IMG/VR virus record: IMGVR_UViG_3300037067_019204 | Coordinates: 97,312-161,311 of that record | Reading direction: 5' to 3' (one strand) | DNA length: 64,000 nt | Source of the DNA: a virus | Taxonomy: Duplodnaviria > Caudoviricetes | Shown: positions 52,819-63,159 of the stretch, one piece after another | Layout of the letters: each line of letters begins with the position of its first letter | Numbering within the stretch: position 1 is the first letter of the stretch | The notes under the pieces: model-generated | Told to the model about the DNA's origin: nothing | The model's input: only the letters and a program-made list of their open reading frames with translations | Database searches by the model: none | Program-made: the position numbers and the translations under genes

Positions 52819-53032
52819 TGAAGTTATCCTTTCTGGGATATAAGTTACAATGATTAAAATTATTTTCTCTATAGTCTATTTCATTAAAAATGTATACATG
52901 TTCAGACAAACATGCTAAAAGTGATCTAATACCTTTAAATTGAATATGAGAACATTGCTGATAGCTGTAAGGTTCGATTCCTCTTTTCCTGCACCATGCT
53001 GGGCAATTATGTAATTGTATTATCTTTGACAT
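52796..53032 (-). CDS. Small Cys-rich 'KII-CxxxC' family protein
   Basis: MSKIIQLHNCPAWC. Confidence 0.75.
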   Translation of the reverse strand: MSKIIQLHNCPAWCRKRGIEPYSYQQCSHIQFKGIRSLLACLSEHVYIFNEIDYRENNFNHCNLYPRKDNFIEDNKNT

Positions 53033-53253
53033 TATTTTTCTATTATTCTTAAGCAACAATAGTGCGCGAATATATATCTTGTAGAACAGCATGTTTCCTC
53101 TGCTATTGATAATGACCGTGGTAAATAATGTGCTATTTTACGACACGCTAAATTAGACTTAAAAAGTCTATGAACAGAATCAGTGTGTTCATGTGCCCAA
53201 GCATATGGGCAATAAGCAGGACAATCATCTTTTATTTTTATTATTTTACTCAT
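53032..53253 (-). CDS. Small Cys-rich 'KII-CxxxC' family protein
   Basis: MSKIIKIKDDCPAYCPY. Confidence 0.75.
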   Translation of the reverse strand: MSKIIKIKDDCPAYCPYAWAHEHTDSVHRLFKSNLACRKIAHYLPRSLSIAEETCCSTRYIFAHYCCLRIIEK

Positions 53254-53473
53254 CTATTTTAGGTGTAAGAAAACAATATTGAAATATATTATCCCGTAAT
53301 ACAGCATTATTTGCCCTACAATCAGGAGGCATTCGTTGCACATAATACAAAGCTGTTTTTCTGCATAATACTAAACATCCATACGTATTACTATAATTAA
53401 AATCAAGTTGATGTCCTTCTTGTGCAAAAGGACAAAACGGTATACATTCATTTATTTTTATTATTTTACTCAT
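53246..53473 (-). CDS. Small Cys-rich 'KII-CxxxC' family protein
   Basis: MSKIIKINECIPFCPF. Confidence 0.75.
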   Translation of the reverse strand: MSKIIKINECIPFCPFAQEGHQLDFNYSNTYGCLVLCRKTALYYVQRMPPDCRANNAVLRDNIFQYCFLTPKIDE

Positions 53474-53494
53474 ATAGTCACACATTTAATATGG

Positions 53495-53770
53495 ATTGCC
53501 GACCTCATTTCATCGGCTGGCGTTCCCGGCAAGGTTCTCCCGTAAAGGATACCAAAGGGACAAGCAGGTTTCGTTATTCAATGGATTATATTACCAGTCT
53601 CCATAATTGCTGGAGTTAATAATCTATTGAATAACCACTATTGAACAAGGTGATGGGTTTGTTCCTACCCATAATAGTGACCATTTCCGTATCCTGTTAC
53701 GGTTGGATTTGATGTGCGAGGTCTGGTGTGGTTCCAGATATTTTGTAAACACCGTTCAAAAACGGCCCCG
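53495..53770. ncRNA. Candidate multi-stem structured RNA
   Basis: Nested helices 53540-53552/53689-53702, 53573-53589/53619-53635, 53636-53642/53673-53679, plus flanking hairpins in a gene-free, GC-richer interval. Confidence 0.5.
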
Positions 53771-54685
53771 CTACGTCTACTTCTAATGACCTCTACTTAC
53801 TTAATAAAGTGCTAACCTCAAGATAAAAATTTATTATTTTATTTTTTTCATCTGTAGTTAACTCTTCTCCATTTTTTAAACGGAGCATAGTTGGTTTAAG
53901 GTTAATTACAAAGTTTTTTAGATCATTAAACTCTTCCATTATTGTACCTTACTTTTCAAGCTTTGTAAGCTTTTTATCAGCAAGATCAATACTCTTGTTA
54001 AGAATCTTGGGAAGTTTCACCATGAACTTTTCAAGTTCTTCTGCCGTGGAATCAAAGGTTCCTATAACCTTTTGGGGCGACAGGGCTGAGTTTGGGTTTT
54101 TCTTAAAGTAATCATCCCCGGTTTTAAGAGCCATCATAACCATTGCTTCCTCTTTGGACGGCATGGTCAGAAGCAAAGGAATAAAGATCAATGCGGCAAT
54201 TGTGAACCCCATACAATACTTTCTTCCTTTTTGGAACAAAGAATAGCGTCTGGGGTGTTCTTTGGGGCTGTATGGTGAACAGTGTCTGTCTGTGGAATAA
54301 ACTGCCCACACTATTGCGCCAATAGCGGCCACAGAAACAAGTACCACGAAAATAACAATGAGCAAGTTGGATACAACACCTGCTACATAGTAAACAAGAT
54401 ACATTGAAAGCATAATTTCCTCCACGTTTGTTTAATGTATAACTGTGGGTTTAATTATAAACCCACAGTTACTTTGGGCTTTGGCTTTGCCGGAATTTAT
54501 TAAAATCTAAGATGATTGAGTTTTTGTTTTTACGTTCGCCTCATGTTAGCACCTCCATTATTTGCTTTGGGGGAGATTACCTATGGTTTCCTCGTACAAA
54601 AGGAAGGTACTAATCCAACATCCCAAAGCTTTAAATTTCTTTTTTCAAACTAAATTAAATAATTTTTTTGTTTCTTATACTTATT

Positions 54686-54713
54686 CATCGGTAACTTTTA
54701 GCAAAAACTTTAG
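54686..54713 (-). promoter_or_regulatory. Sigma28-type promoter
   Basis: CTAAAGTTT...TACCGATGA. Confidence 0.65.
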
Positions 54714-55182
54714 CACTTTTTTTATTAAAAGTTATAATCATAAAAAGGATGTGCTCCTAGAATTACATTGGGTTTGCGGTTTCCTTTTGTGCGCAGGGTT
54801 CCGTCTCTGCCAACACTGAACTTATTGATAGCACCTTTGGGGTTCGATTCTATCACCCACTTCTGCTCATAGTTATTGGTGCAATGCCCAGCAAAACCAC
54901 CGGGGACAAAATGAGGTTTAAAGCTGGGGTCCAGTTTACGGCTATCCGCTTGGGCCAGCACAAACCTTTTGTTGATTTCCAACACGGTGAAAGTATCAGC
55001 ATCAGACCAATGCTTTTCCGTGATATGATCCCCCGGTTTAATATTATGAATGGTTGCCGCATTCTTGGGAACAGGCACTTTACGTTTAACCTTAAACGGG
55101 GGTGTTGAATCTGTAGCTCTGTATGGGCAAAAATCCCCGTACCTGTTTGATTCTTCTCTTACAGTATCGCTCATGGTTTACC

Positions 55183-55878
55183 TCACTTAACTATATTATC
55201 GGCATTATTATAAATATCTTTAACTTTTTTTAAGTCTATGGGTGACGGATACCCACTTCCATTATAAAGACTTGGCATCGTGTTTAACATGTCACACATT
55301 GTTTGTTTTGGGAGCATTGTTGCACTTAGATAGTCAAATTCATAATCTTTTATATTATAAAACAAAGGATCTTTTGGTAATATTGCTTGTTGTATAACTA
55401 GAAGAGGAAATGTTAATATATAATTCCAGTCAAAAGAAAGATATATAGGTGCATCTTTTCTTTGAAGTTCATGTATATTTAATCCTACAACATGAAGAAG
55501 TTCATGTGTCACAAAGAATAAACAAAAATAAGTATTTACACCTAAAACTAAATATGCATTAGTATATGGATGATAGTTATTTAGTTTTGTAAAACATGGT
55601 GTTTCATTATTCTCACCTGCTTCAGTAATTATAATCTTTAAGATACGCTCTTCATCAGAAGTATCTTTGCCTGTCATATCCTCAAAATGAACAGCATTAT
55701 TTGTTCCTTTTTCTATATACTCTTTTGCAACAGCAAAGAGTTTAATAGCTTCACTATTATATCCATATATCTTATATGGGATACGTCCTTTATCCCATAG
55801 ATATGGGGAATCAGGGTCTTTTACACAACCACTAAGGATTGAACAAAAAACCAATATGATAATTATATATTTATTCAT
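55183..55878 (-). CDS. Astacin-like (M12A) zinc metalloprotease lipoprotein
   Basis: Lipobox LSGC; LW..GRIPY; HELLHVVGLNIHELQRKD; FDYLSATM Met-turn-like. Confidence 0.7.
   Translation of the reverse strand: MNKYIIIILVFCSILSGCVKDPDSPYLWDKGRIPYKIYGYNSEAIKLFAVAKEYIEKGTNNAVHFEDMTGKDTSDEERILKIIITEAGENNETPCFTKLNNYHPYTNAYLVLGVNTYFCLFFVTHELLHVVGLNIHELQRKDAPIYLSFDWNYILTFPLLVIQQAILPKDPLFYNIKDYEFDYLSATMLPKQTMCDMLNTMPSLYNGSGYPSPIDLKKVKDIYNNADNIVK
55197..55223 (-). promoter_or_regulatory. Sigma28-type promoter inside the 3' end of the astacin-like gene
   Basis: TAAAG...TGCCGATAA. Confidence 0.6.
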
Positions 55879-57235
55879 TAGTTTTTTTCGTATTAAGTAA
55901 CGTTTCAATATGTTCAGCATATTTTTCTTTGGCCTCTTTGCACAAATGTTTGGGGTAACGGTCGTGTCTTATATCAAAGATATTATAATGATTGGAACAA
56001 GATATACAGTGACAAAGATCAACTCCTGTCATAATTTTTCCTGTATTACGTAATGATTTATGAGCCGCTTTAGCGGAAGCATACCATATAGTTCAACAGG
56101 CTTGCCCATCTCCCATATAACGATTCGGACCAATAATATTTTTGGCAACCTTTACTCTAGTATCTTCCATTGGTTTTCCCTATTCATTAAAAAAAGCATA
56201 AGTAGATGTAATACAATCTTGATCTTCATGTCCTAATTTAAACAGGTCAACGACTACACCCTCATCTGTTCTTTTAATATACACAGATATATTACCCACA
56301 GTTACCCAAACATGATCTTGCTTAGGTTTAAGGGTAAACTCTTTTGCATTATTCTTAATCAGTGCTGTTGTACTCATTAGTTTTCCCTATTCTTTTTTTG
56401 TATTGCTCTTTCGCTTGCCAGTAATCCATGTATAAGGCCGTGGCAATAACACAACCTATACCGAGAAATATAGATAAAAGAATTGCCGCCGTGTCTACTA
56501 CTGCACGGTTATTCACAATGTAATCCATTACTTTATCCTTTATCTTCAATATAGAGTTTTGCGAATGTTTTTGCCATTACACGTTGGTATTCGGCAAGTA
56601 ATTTATTACGCTTTCTGTAGAATTTGTGGTGTAATCTAACTCTTTTTATTCCACCAGTAGCAGGTGAGTATTCATAGTCCTCTTCCATAGCCGTTTTTTT
56701 TGCTTGGTATTTTTCCCATGCTGGAAGAACAGATTCTGTGAACTTTCGTTCGGTATTTCTTTTCAAGAATGCATAAGCGGCCCAACGCCAATCAAAAACT
56801 GTTGCCACCTCTTCAGCTCGTTTAATTGTAACATTTACATGGGTTCCGAATAGTTGTTTGAATGCTTGAACTTGTTGAAAACAAGCACTGCGCCGTTTTA
56901 ATTGGAGAATGGTTATTTCTCTGTATTTTGGCATTACTTTATCCTTTATATTAGTCCTTCTAATACACTTTGAAGTAAAGCTTCTCTTTTCTTTCCTGTG
57001 AGTTTATGGCCACAATGTGGGCAGGTCATCATTTTTAATATTCGAAAAGCAACATCAAGTCTTAACCATTTGGTTTCGACTCTTCGTTCTTCCTTTGGTC
57101 CAACAGACCGTTGTAATTGATAACCATATTTGTACTTACCCACACCCACTCTATAAAGAGGATTATCATATTTAGGGTAAAGCTTGGTGTGAATGGGCAT
57201 AAATTGTCTACGTACAATTCTTATCATGGTTGTAC

Positions 57236-58096
57236 CTATGCCACCTTTTCCTCTTTTGCTTTTTCCTGTCCGGCGAACGCCTTTTTAAAGGCGTTCATCC
57301 CCTTGTCAATGAAGATGAAAGAATTGAAGATTTCATCTTTCATTCCCCATGATTTGAGATAGAATTGGCTTTGACGTTCAATGCCATATTCATGGCACAG
57401 CAGATAAGTCAGGGTTTCCGCTTCACACTCTTTTTGGTCACGGGGAATATCTTTCCTGTCATCCGTATGGTGCTTCAACAGGCCGTGAGAAAGTTCATGT
57501 ATCAGCGTTCCGATATTATCCAGAGCTGCACGATTGCTATTTAAGCATATATCATTATTGTGTCCATCATCATTATGGTATAGGCAACCACCCACTGAAA
57601 ATTCCATCGGCCTTGAATTGACTTTAAAGCCAAGCTCAGTTGCTACCTTGATGAGAGTTGGCATATCAACATTTGACCTTTTGGTCATGATTTCCGGCAA
57701 GGGTTTCCCCGTGGTTTGCTTGATGTCATATACCTTGACACATTTGAACCCGACAAGAATTGTCGTTTCATCATCCTGTTCTTCCATCCTGTTTGTCACG
57801 GGGTTTACCCTGTTGACCTTGATGGCCTTTTTGATGATGGTCGGGGCCAGTATCCAGATCGGATAATACTTTTGGTCGGGGGCCACGGAGCGTTCATACT
57901 TTTCCCACTGTTTGGCTCCCATGACTGACGTGCCGCCTGATAACCAGATCAGGATTCGGTTACTGAAACTGTAGTGATGGAAGATAGACGTTGCATCAAG
58001 CCATGCCCGGTAATCTGCGTCCGTCATGGTCTTGACAGTTTCCAGCATGTCTTTTATCTTTGCCAGATTTCTTTCCGCACCATCAGTATTTTTCAT
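57236..58096 (-). CDS. ArdC-like ssDNA-binding/antirestriction protein with zincin domain
   Basis: FHHYSFSNRILI, VYDIKQTTG, TLIHELSH, ECEAE. Confidence 0.8.
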   Translation of the reverse strand: MKNTDGAERNLAKIKDMLETVKTMTDADYRAWLDATSIFHHYSFSNRILIWLSGGTSVMGAKQWEKYERSVAPDQKYYPIWILAPTIIKKAIKVNRVNPVTNRMEEQDDETTILVGFKCVKVYDIKQTTGKPLPEIMTKRSNVDMPTLIKVATELGFKVNSRPMEFSVGGCLYHNDDGHNNDICLNSNRAALDNIGTLIHELSHGLLKHHTDDRKDIPRDQKECEAETLTYLLCHEYGIERQSQFYLKSWGMKDEIFNSFIFIDKGMNAFKKAFAGQEKAKEEKVA

Positions 58097-58118
58097 TTGT
58101 CCTTACCTCTGTTTTATA

Positions 58119-58145
58119 TATCGGCTTTTATTTAAAAAACTTTAG
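58119..58145 (-). promoter_or_regulatory. Sigma28-type promoter
   Basis: CTAAAGTTT...AGCCGATAT. Confidence 0.75.
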
Positions 58146-59998
58146 CGAATTTTTTATTCGTGCAAAAAAAGCATGGGTTCGAATCTGCCTTGCTTGCAGA
58201 TATTCTAATGAATATACTCTTGCTTCAAGGTAGTCTATATACCTGTCTTTACAATGGGAGCATTTAGAAGAAAAGGTTTCACCTTTTGGTAAAACCTTTT
58301 CAATAAACTCTTTCTTGTATCCGTATTTATCCGGGTGATTATCCATTTTGTTTCTCCTCAATAATCTTTTATTATTCCCTCAATCTCTTTTTTCCATTCA
58401 TCTTCAAGAAAGACACGCCGAGTGTCATAACATTCTTGTAATGTTTCTTTGAGAGCTTTGGCGGTTTCTTTGAACCATTCTTCATCTATACCACCATACT
58501 TAAAAGAAATGGTTACTTCTTCATATTCTGGGAATATGCCGACACTCATATCGCCCCTATCATCTATGAATAGTTTTATTTGTTGTGGTTCTTTTTTTCC
58601 TTTCATTTTAAGTTCTCCACTTTTTTCATGGCCACGAGGTATTTAGCGTATAAATTCCCTTTGGCCACGAGTGCAAAGGGCCGACCACTTGGCATGGTAC
58701 AATATTCCAGATATTGTTTAATCACCTTATCCGCAGCCGTTAAAGCTTCACGGAGGGCGGTGATTTCTGCTTCGGCTGTCATCGTCTTTGGCTTATATGC
58801 AGTGCAATTACAGCCATTGGCCAACCTGGTTAAACAATGCTTTACGGAATTATCACAACTATCACATACGTTCATATTGGTTCCTTTTGTGATATTCGTT
58901 TAATATTTTTAGCTTCAACTTTTGTTATCCAACGATAACTGATTTTGTCTATCAGAATATATCCATAAGATATTACTGATTCTGATAATCCTGTTGTCAC
59001 TTTTTGATAATCAAGATACCTTGAATTATTACATTCTGGGTGTAATTCTGAATCATGTTTTGTAAATTGTCTTTTCTCGATTACCATATTACCTTTTTTT
59101 GGCAATACAGAAGCGATTTTCTTTTGCTTGGTATACTCTTTTTCCTTTTGCTCTTTTTGATATTCTTTATATCTCCAAAGAACATCGCTTTTCTCGTTAT
59201 TTGAAAGGGTGTGAAATCGACGACCTGATTGACGTGCATACCACAATTCAAATTCAGTGGGTTTTCGATCATATTCCCAATCATATCCCTCGTCGTTATT
59301 CATTTAAATCTCTCCACCTTATTTATAGCTGCTTGATAAATTTTGTATATTTTCAAGTCATCAGGAAATGGGATATATAATATTTGTAATAAATTATTAG
59401 CCGCAGTTAGAGCTTCGCGGAGAACAATTATTTCGTTTTTTAGTTTAGTTGTTTCACAACTGCATGGATTATCATAATCCGGAAGTTCACCAAGTTCACT
59501 AATGGTTCCACTGCAAGCTCCACATATAATCATATTGGTTATCCCCTTTTTGTCTGTGCAGGGAGCGATACTCCCTCACTTCTTAACACATTTATTACAG
59601 TATCTCTCTTATCCTTTTAGCAATTTGTTCAGTTGTGTCAAGCATATTAAACCATATATTTTTACCGCCGGTATAATCTGTAAAACCCTTGACGGTTCTG
59701 TAGTATCCGGTTGTGTCACATGTTGTGCCACATGTTCCGTCAGTGTTGAAATGCAGATAAAACATTCTGCCATTCTTTTCACCGAAGAAAGACACATCAC
59801 CACTACACGCAATACCTGCTTTATTGTAGTAGTATCTATAATTATCAAGCCCCAATAGCTTGACTAATTCATTACAAAAACCCTGCCCAGCACGGGCGAA
59901 TTGCTTTTTATATGCTTCATCATATCTGAAAGAGTACATACCATTTTTTTCAATAAAGTTTTTGAGTGCGTTCATTTTGTTTTATCCTTTGATTTATA

Positions 59999-60025
59999 TA
60001 TCGGCATGAATTAAAATAACTTTAG
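59999..60025 (-). promoter_or_regulatory. Sigma28-type promoter
   Basis: CTAAAGTT...TGCCGATAT. Confidence 0.75.
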
Positions 60026-60471
60026 TTTTTTTCTTTATGTTTTATCTTTCTTGAATAAGTCTTTTTTGACTTAATTGTTTTCGGTGCGGGCGTGTTCAAT
60101 CGTAACCCGCACGTTTGTTGGATTGTCTTATGTTTCTTTTTAGTAGTCATAATACATTTGAAACTCACGCAGACTTTTTATTCTGGGTCTGCTTTTTTTG
60201 TTTTTGCATTTAGGCCGCTGGACCATTGCACCACAATGAGAGCAAGGTTTATTTGGGACAACTGGGCTGTGTCCACAATTTGAACACCACGGTGTTGAGC
60301 TTCCGTCAGTGCAAAGTACAGCAGTCTGTGATTGTTTTTTGATCGTCATATCTCTCTCCAGAATCTTAATTCTTTTTATTGTTATGATATACATTCAACA
60401 TGGCCACACCTACAACAATTATTGTAGATACACCAGCAGTAATAAAGTACCATTTGAGTGCAATTATTATT

Positions 60472-61128
60472 TCATTCATCACGCATACCCCGATTTAATA
60501 ATTCATTCACTTTTATTGTTCTGTTATTCTTTTTGTAGCACATAAGACATTCTGCGCACGACCGTTGACAATTTATTTTTGTTGCGCAGAAGTTTTTGTC
60601 TGTGTATACAGTAAAAACTTTATTAAATCCTATCGGAATATCATATAAAGGTGCATTGATTGTAGGATTACTGTATATATGAATAAGATTTTTCAGCCTG
60701 ATTATTCCACCTTTACGAATAATATCCAGTCTTTTTGTGAATAAAGTAAAGGTAATATTCGGATTATGTTCAGCTATAACAACATAATTTTCATAATGAC
60801 GGCGGTTCCCTAATTCACCATGCGCATTAAATCTGAAAGAGTTATATTCATTTTTAACTCTCGGCACACGGTATTTTGACAAATCAATTGACGTTAAAAT
60901 ATCGTAATTCATTGCCCATGATTTATGCGCGTTTTTGTAGAATTTCTCAAAACGGAATGAATAACATTTAGTACAGATAATATTATTATCTTTACTGTTA
61001 TGCATGGCTACACAAAAAGGATTTGCCGATGGTGATACACTTAAGCTGCACATCCCCTTCATTTTTCCCGACATTTTATCTGTAATACTTAAAACATCGG
61101 AGGGAGTTATTTTAAATTTGACTGACAT
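60472..61128 (-). CDS. GP88-like / radical-SAM-like Fe-S protein
   Basis: C...CTKCYS, FRFNAHGEL, FTLFTKR, CQRSCAECLMC. Confidence 0.6.
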   Translation of the reverse strand: MSVKFKITPSDVLSITDKMSGKMKGMCSLSVSPSANPFCVAMHNSKDNNIICTKCYSFRFEKFYKNAHKSWAMNYDILTSIDLSKYRVPRVKNEYNSFRFNAHGELGNRRHYENYVVIAEHNPNITFTLFTKRLDIIRKGGIIRLKNLIHIYSNPTINAPLYDIPIGFNKVFTVYTDKNFCATKINCQRSCAECLMCYKKNNRTIKVNELLNRGMRDE

Positions 61129-61150
61129 TTTGTATCACCTTTATTATTTA

Positions 61151-61177
61151 TATCGGCATGATTATACAAAACTTGAG
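61151..61177 (-). promoter_or_regulatory. Sigma28-type promoter
   Basis: CTCAAGTTT...TGCCGATAT. Confidence 0.7.
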
Positions 61178-61476
61178 TGAATTATTTATCTATTCAAAAT
61201 ATTGTGCAATTTCAACTGGTAGATTATTGATTATATAATCGTGCCGCAATTTCCAATAATCATATTCATTAACATCATTGGTTATATCTGTGTCACCTTC
61301 GGAGCAAATAATTTTATTATCTATGAATTTATAACCATAGTTTAATTGTCGGCAATCTCTCATTTCTGGAAGGTTATGCATTAACCAGACTTTACAAACT
61401 ATCTCTTTTTCTTTTATAGCTTGTTTAAAAGTCATCTTATTCATATATATAAAATTATTCATGGTATCTCCTTGTT

Positions 61477-61512
61477 AAAGACTGCCTATTAAAAATATAA
61501 CAGGCAGTCTTT
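61477..61512. terminator. Terminator-like hairpin after 61516..61710
   Basis: AAAGACTGCCT/AGGCAGTCTTT stem. Confidence 0.6.
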
Positions 61513-61736
61513 TTGTTACTTAACTTTGGCGATCAGACCGTTTTTCATGGTGACTTCTGCGAACCATTTACGGTGTGGACCTGCGTCAGCTACACAGAAA
61601 GTACCATCGGATCGATACTCCGTCCCGAACATGCTGGTTTCGTTGTATCGCAATGGTTGACCAATATTTTCTTTCAGCTCTTTTTTGGTCTTGTAATGAG
61701 CTTGTATCATATACCTTTTTCCTTAAAGTTATATTA

Positions 61737-61778
61737 TAAAATTATTACGATTATGGAGCACTAATCGTAATAATTTTA
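61737..61778. repeat. 42 bp palindrome, copy 4
   Basis: TAAAATTATTACGATTATGG-AG-CACTAATCGTAATAATTTTA; the arms co-vary (ATTATTACG/CGTAATAAT). Confidence 0.85.
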
Positions 61779-62916
61779 TTTACATGTTTTTTAATCTTGA
61801 CAGACCATTATCTATAGCAGTAAAGCCAATTTGTTCACCTTTACTATTATATATTGGGCGTTCAATATTTATATGAATTGTAATGTCTTTACAATAATCT
61901 TGCAATGTTTTTATCAAATCTGACCGTCCATTTAATTGACTAAATGAACAATTATTTTTATCATAATCTGGTATTTTTATATGAATATTTAGATATTGCA
62001 TTTAATTTTAAACTCCGCAAACAGTTTTTTGTCTTCAGATTGAAAGATATACGTTTTAGGATTTTTGTCTGTATCTGAAAACGTGCCACGAATAGACGCG
62101 AAGTCAGACAGTCTTTTGAAATTCCAATATTCAGGTGACGCACTCTCCATGAAAATTCTGGTGTCATCCAATATCATAAATGGAATAGATCTCGTTGAAT
62201 ATCCCATAGTTTTATCCTTTACTTTTCAGGTGATAATATCCGTAATACCTCAGCGGTTATTTTTGGTATCATGACATTATTTATATGCTGATTCCAACCT
62301 GACATATTCCCATGATCGACCGGGCTTGTTGTTATATGACAATTAGGTTTACTTCTATGGCAAAATTCAGCCATATCTTTTAGCAAATAGAATTGTTTAA
62401 ACAATTCTGATAATTGCCAGCCTTCCTTTTCTGTAAAGGTGACTTTTTCAAGACGTGGAGAGTCATATATATTATGAATATAATATGACTCTTTTCTCTC
62501 ACCTTTTTCATAATACACTTGCTCACCTAAAAAACCGGGGATATGTTCATGGCTGCCTTTTGATTGAACATAACCAAAACCCCAGTACCATCCGCAATCC
62601 CATGATGGTGCAAGCAGATCGTAATGTGTGCCATCTGTCCCGGACCCCAGTAAATACTTTTTACCCGTTACTATTTTGTTTAATGTTTGTTTCTTGTCAT
62701 GTATTACAACATTATTTTCTGAAACATGAATGCCATAATGCACAGCATCATGATGTTCAATAGAATCTTTTGGAAAAATTGACGGTGATACAAAGTATCT
62801 GCCATCAATTAACTCAACGGGTGAATTTGACGGAATAGTTATGCTACAAGGGATTGCAGATTGCAATCTCACCCATTCAAAATTATTTCGTGTTACTTGT
62901 TTCATGGTTTTATCCT

Positions 62917-63159
62917 TTACATTATACCCAGAATTATAAGCCATGACGGATAACCGTGCTGACACGTTCCGTCCGGTTCAATCCGGCAACCATCCGGGGC
63001 TTTTGATACACCGTCAAAAGTATATTTTTCCAGTGTCTTCATTGACGGAATTTTGACCTTTATGGCAGACGGATATTTAGCTTTATATCCATCAAAATTT
63101 GCATCAGGTTTTAATGTGCGCAATCCGCGCTCTTTTGAATAAACCGCTTGTTGTGCCAT
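62917..63159 (-). CDS. Small Cys/His phage protein
   Basis: APDGCRIEPDGTCQHGYPSWL. Confidence 0.6.
   Translation of the reverse strand: MAQQAVYSKERGLRTLKPDANFDGYKAKYPSAIKVKIPSMKTLEKYTFDGVSKAPDGCRIEPDGTCQHGYPSWLIILGIM

Noticed and set aside
22864-53473. Diversity-generating retroelement or RiPP explanation for the Cys-rich paralogs
   Set aside because: No reverse transcriptase or adenine-specific TR/VR pair is visible; variation includes indels; no graspetide leader/core pattern despite the ATP-grasp gene.
20989-61177. Integron attC-like cassette array suggested by the recurring intergenic motif
   Set aside because: The motif is non-palindromic, fits a sigma28 promoter, and no integron integrase is present.
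7214-62763. Many short + strand ORFs within the minus-strand region
   Set aside because: They are antisense shadows of well-supported minus-strand genes, with no recognisable motifs.
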